A stretch of 64,000 bases of DNA from Felis catus (taxonomy: Eukaryota): the NCBI RefSeq assembly GCF_018350175.1, contig NC_058368.1, positions 105,588,001-105,652,000 of the forward strand, written 5' to 3'. A model generated the notes under the pieces. The model saw nothing but the letters and a program-made list of their open reading frames with translations. It searched no databases and was not told where the DNA came from. A program made the position numbers and the translations under genes. Positions 61,521 through 64,000 of the stretch are shown here, piece after piece; position 1 is the first letter of the stretch; every line of letters begins with the position of its first letter.

Positions 61521-63060
61521 AAAGGATGTATACTGTATTAGCCTTGATCTTAAAGTTAGACCAATGTAGTGAAAAACTACATAGATATTTTTGTACTAGA
61601 TATTTATAGGCAGAAGCTTCAGCAAACTTAAAAACTTGGAAGTTGAGATGATATTCCATACATGTTCCTGTTTATACTTATGGTCACTATAAAAATGAGA
61701 ATTCTTTTTAATTAGCTGACACATAGGAAATATTAGAAGATCGTCCTTTGGCTGTAACATCCACAGAATTAACTGAGAAATCCATGTTATTTACTAAGTG
61801 GAGGGTCTCCTATTTTATAAACAAAGCAGTATCATTGTTTTATACTGTTTTAACAGCTATCTAAAAAAGTACTGTTCTCAATATTCCTAAGTATATTTAT
61901 TACGCTTATACTTTGCCCCTGTTTAAAAATCAGTAAATCAGGGCAAAAGGACACTGGCAACATTTTTTGTGTGTGTACAGAAAAAGAAGTAAATTTACTA
62001 AATAATTTTGACTGCCTAACTTACACCATTTTGATAATGTTTGAAAACTTTGCCCTTAACTTCTTAATCATTAATGGCTTCTGCATTTCCTTTCATGACT
62101 GTCTATTTGTGGGGGTGACAAAAGCATCTTTCTCTGGCCTGGCACAAGACTGCAACCCTATTTGTGACTTTCACAAGACTTGGCTTCCCTCCTTTGAAAT
62201 CTATCTTGACTTTCTCTTCTCAAATCACTACACCGTCATTAGAAATTTCTTTTGAGAAGACCACAAAGGATAAAATCAGATTAATTTATTTAGTGGATGC
62301 TCACAGTGAAATATTTGGAAAACACGTGGAGTAATTTAAATCACTACAGAGGAACAGGAAAGCACCCTGCTGTTTCTCTGCAGGACCACTGTTCCCCTCT
62401 CTGCTCAGCTATGCTGGCATCTGATGTCACAGCCTGTTGGATGGCATGTCTATGAAGTGCATTCAGATGGAGTGAAGAAATGAGGCCTGTGCTAAGTCAA
62501 TCAGCTGGCTATTCAAGTACAGAATAATGTTCTCTTTGATCAGTCTGTCCTTAAAATGAGAACTTCTACTGACTATTAGGAATGCAAGGAACAGAGCTAA
62601 AGGTCTACACATTTTATTTCATAAATGCTTTTCTCTGGAGTTTTCAACAGAATTAGCTCTAACTAGATACTTGTTCTACCTTCAAATACTTTGACCTTCT
62701 TCATTAGATCTATGTAACTGAAGAGCACAGATGGATGGCTCTTATTAAGCTGATGTGAATTCATTTAGATTTATATGAGGGAGATGGATGGGTAATTCTT
62801 CAACCCCAAATCTAAAGATAAGACATCAGTGATGAAAAGCCCCAGACCTTGGCAAATGAAGACGATGATTGTTGACACCACTTTTACAAAGTTAAAAAAA
62901 GTACATGTAGTAGAAATTTCTAATTATAAAAGCTCTAGTTGAGTTACCTTTTAGGCCCTTAAAACAACATTTTTATTCCAGGTATTTTCAAACATACACA
63001 AACATAGAGACTAGTTAACAGATGCCCGTGAAGGACTGGTTTTAAAGTTCTAGGATTCTA

Positions 63061-63255
63061 GGGGCGCCTGGGTGGCTCAGTAAGTTACACATCCCGACTC
63101 TTGATTTTGGCTCAGGTCATCATCTCATGGTCCTTCGGGTAGAGCCCCATCTCTGGCTCTGCACTGACAGTGTGGAGCCTGCTTGGGATTCTCTCTCCCT
63201 CTGCGGAACTTCTGCTAGCTCCCTCTCTCTCGCTCTCTCTCTCTCAAAAATAAAC
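63061..63255 (+). mobile_element. Can-SINE in FBN2 intron
   Basis: Perfect TSD aaagttctaggattct at 63044-63059 and 63256-63271. Confidence 0.93.
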
Positions 63256-63366
63256 AAAGTTCTAGGATTCTGAGGCTACACTGAAGCATCAGCCTTTGTT
63301 GTTCATTTTATGCACAGATACTTTAAGGTAAGAAAGGCAGATGGCACATAACAAGCAGGAGCTCAC

Positions 63367-63486
63367 CGACACACTGATTCCACTGGTAATGCTGAATATA
63401 CCCTTGAGGGCAACCACATCTGTAGCCTCCCAGGATGTTCTGGCAGCCATGCTGGCACCTGTGGTTTCCATCACATTCATCCACAT
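63367..63486 (-). CDS. FBN2: Fibrillin-2 internal coding exon (4th from last; one calcium-binding EGF domain)
   Basis: Translates (D)[39 protein letters not shown](D), a cbEGF with 6 Cys. Acceptor ttttgcag|AT, donor G|gtgagc. 120 nt, phase 1-1. Confidence 0.97.
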
Positions 63487-64000
63487 CTGCAAAAACAGGC
63501 CCAGCATGAGATTCACGCAGACTTGCCTCTACTGTTCGGACGTGCACTCCCAACACAACCTGGGCTAACTGTCATCAGGGAAACTAACAAGACACACAAA
63601 GAGGCTGTGAGCTCTTCCAAGTCACATGGTTATTAAGGGTCATCACAGATGGTTCTAAGAGCCCACCTTCTTCTTATGCTGTCCACCGGACCATCTCCTG
63701 TCAGTGCTTTCAATAACATCTTCATTTCAGCAAATCAACAATAGCAACCTCAAATGTTGTGTATATTTTGGATGGATTAACTGCATATGGTGTGATTTAT
63801 TTGGTAGGTAATTGAAGCATATTTGCATTACATATTCCAGTAGATTCAATAGTGATTCGGACATTTTACTCCTCAATTTCAGGAAGATACAGCACTACAG
63901 AGATACCATTCAAAATTAAATTTAAAATTTAAGTATTTGAATGTTATTTTTAGATGTGATGTGGTATTCTTACACATCTGGAATAATTTCTTTGTTCGTA

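Overview
Mammalian genomic DNA, almost certainly from a felid: it carries many tRNA-derived Can-SINEs of SINEC_Fc type and felid-type L1s. No prokaryotic-type systems (CRISPR, operons, rRNA) are present. The right ~11 kb holds the 3' end of fibrillin-2 (FBN2) on the minus strand: four coding exons with canonical splice sites (63367-63486, 58097-58328, 56746-56917, 54540-54914), the RQKR furin site that would release a 133-aa placensin-like C-terminal peptide, and a ~1.6-kb 3'UTR ending at an AATAAA near 52958. The left ~53 kb is repeat-rich intergenic DNA with ~30 Can-SINEs, old and young L1 fragments, MIR/L2/MaLR/Tigger remnants and microsatellites. It also holds one 5.7-kb L1 (37626-43356, minus) with its 5'UTR intact but its 3' end missing. 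I found no clear novel biological system. The best leads are an orphan CpG/G4-rich promoter-like region (3.8-5.4 kb) with plus-strand exon-like signals downstream, an antisense ORF and a CTCF motif in the L1 5'UTR, and a ~60-bp locally templated duplication later hit by an L1. Repeat subfamily names and human comparisons come from recalled consensus sequences, not from searches.
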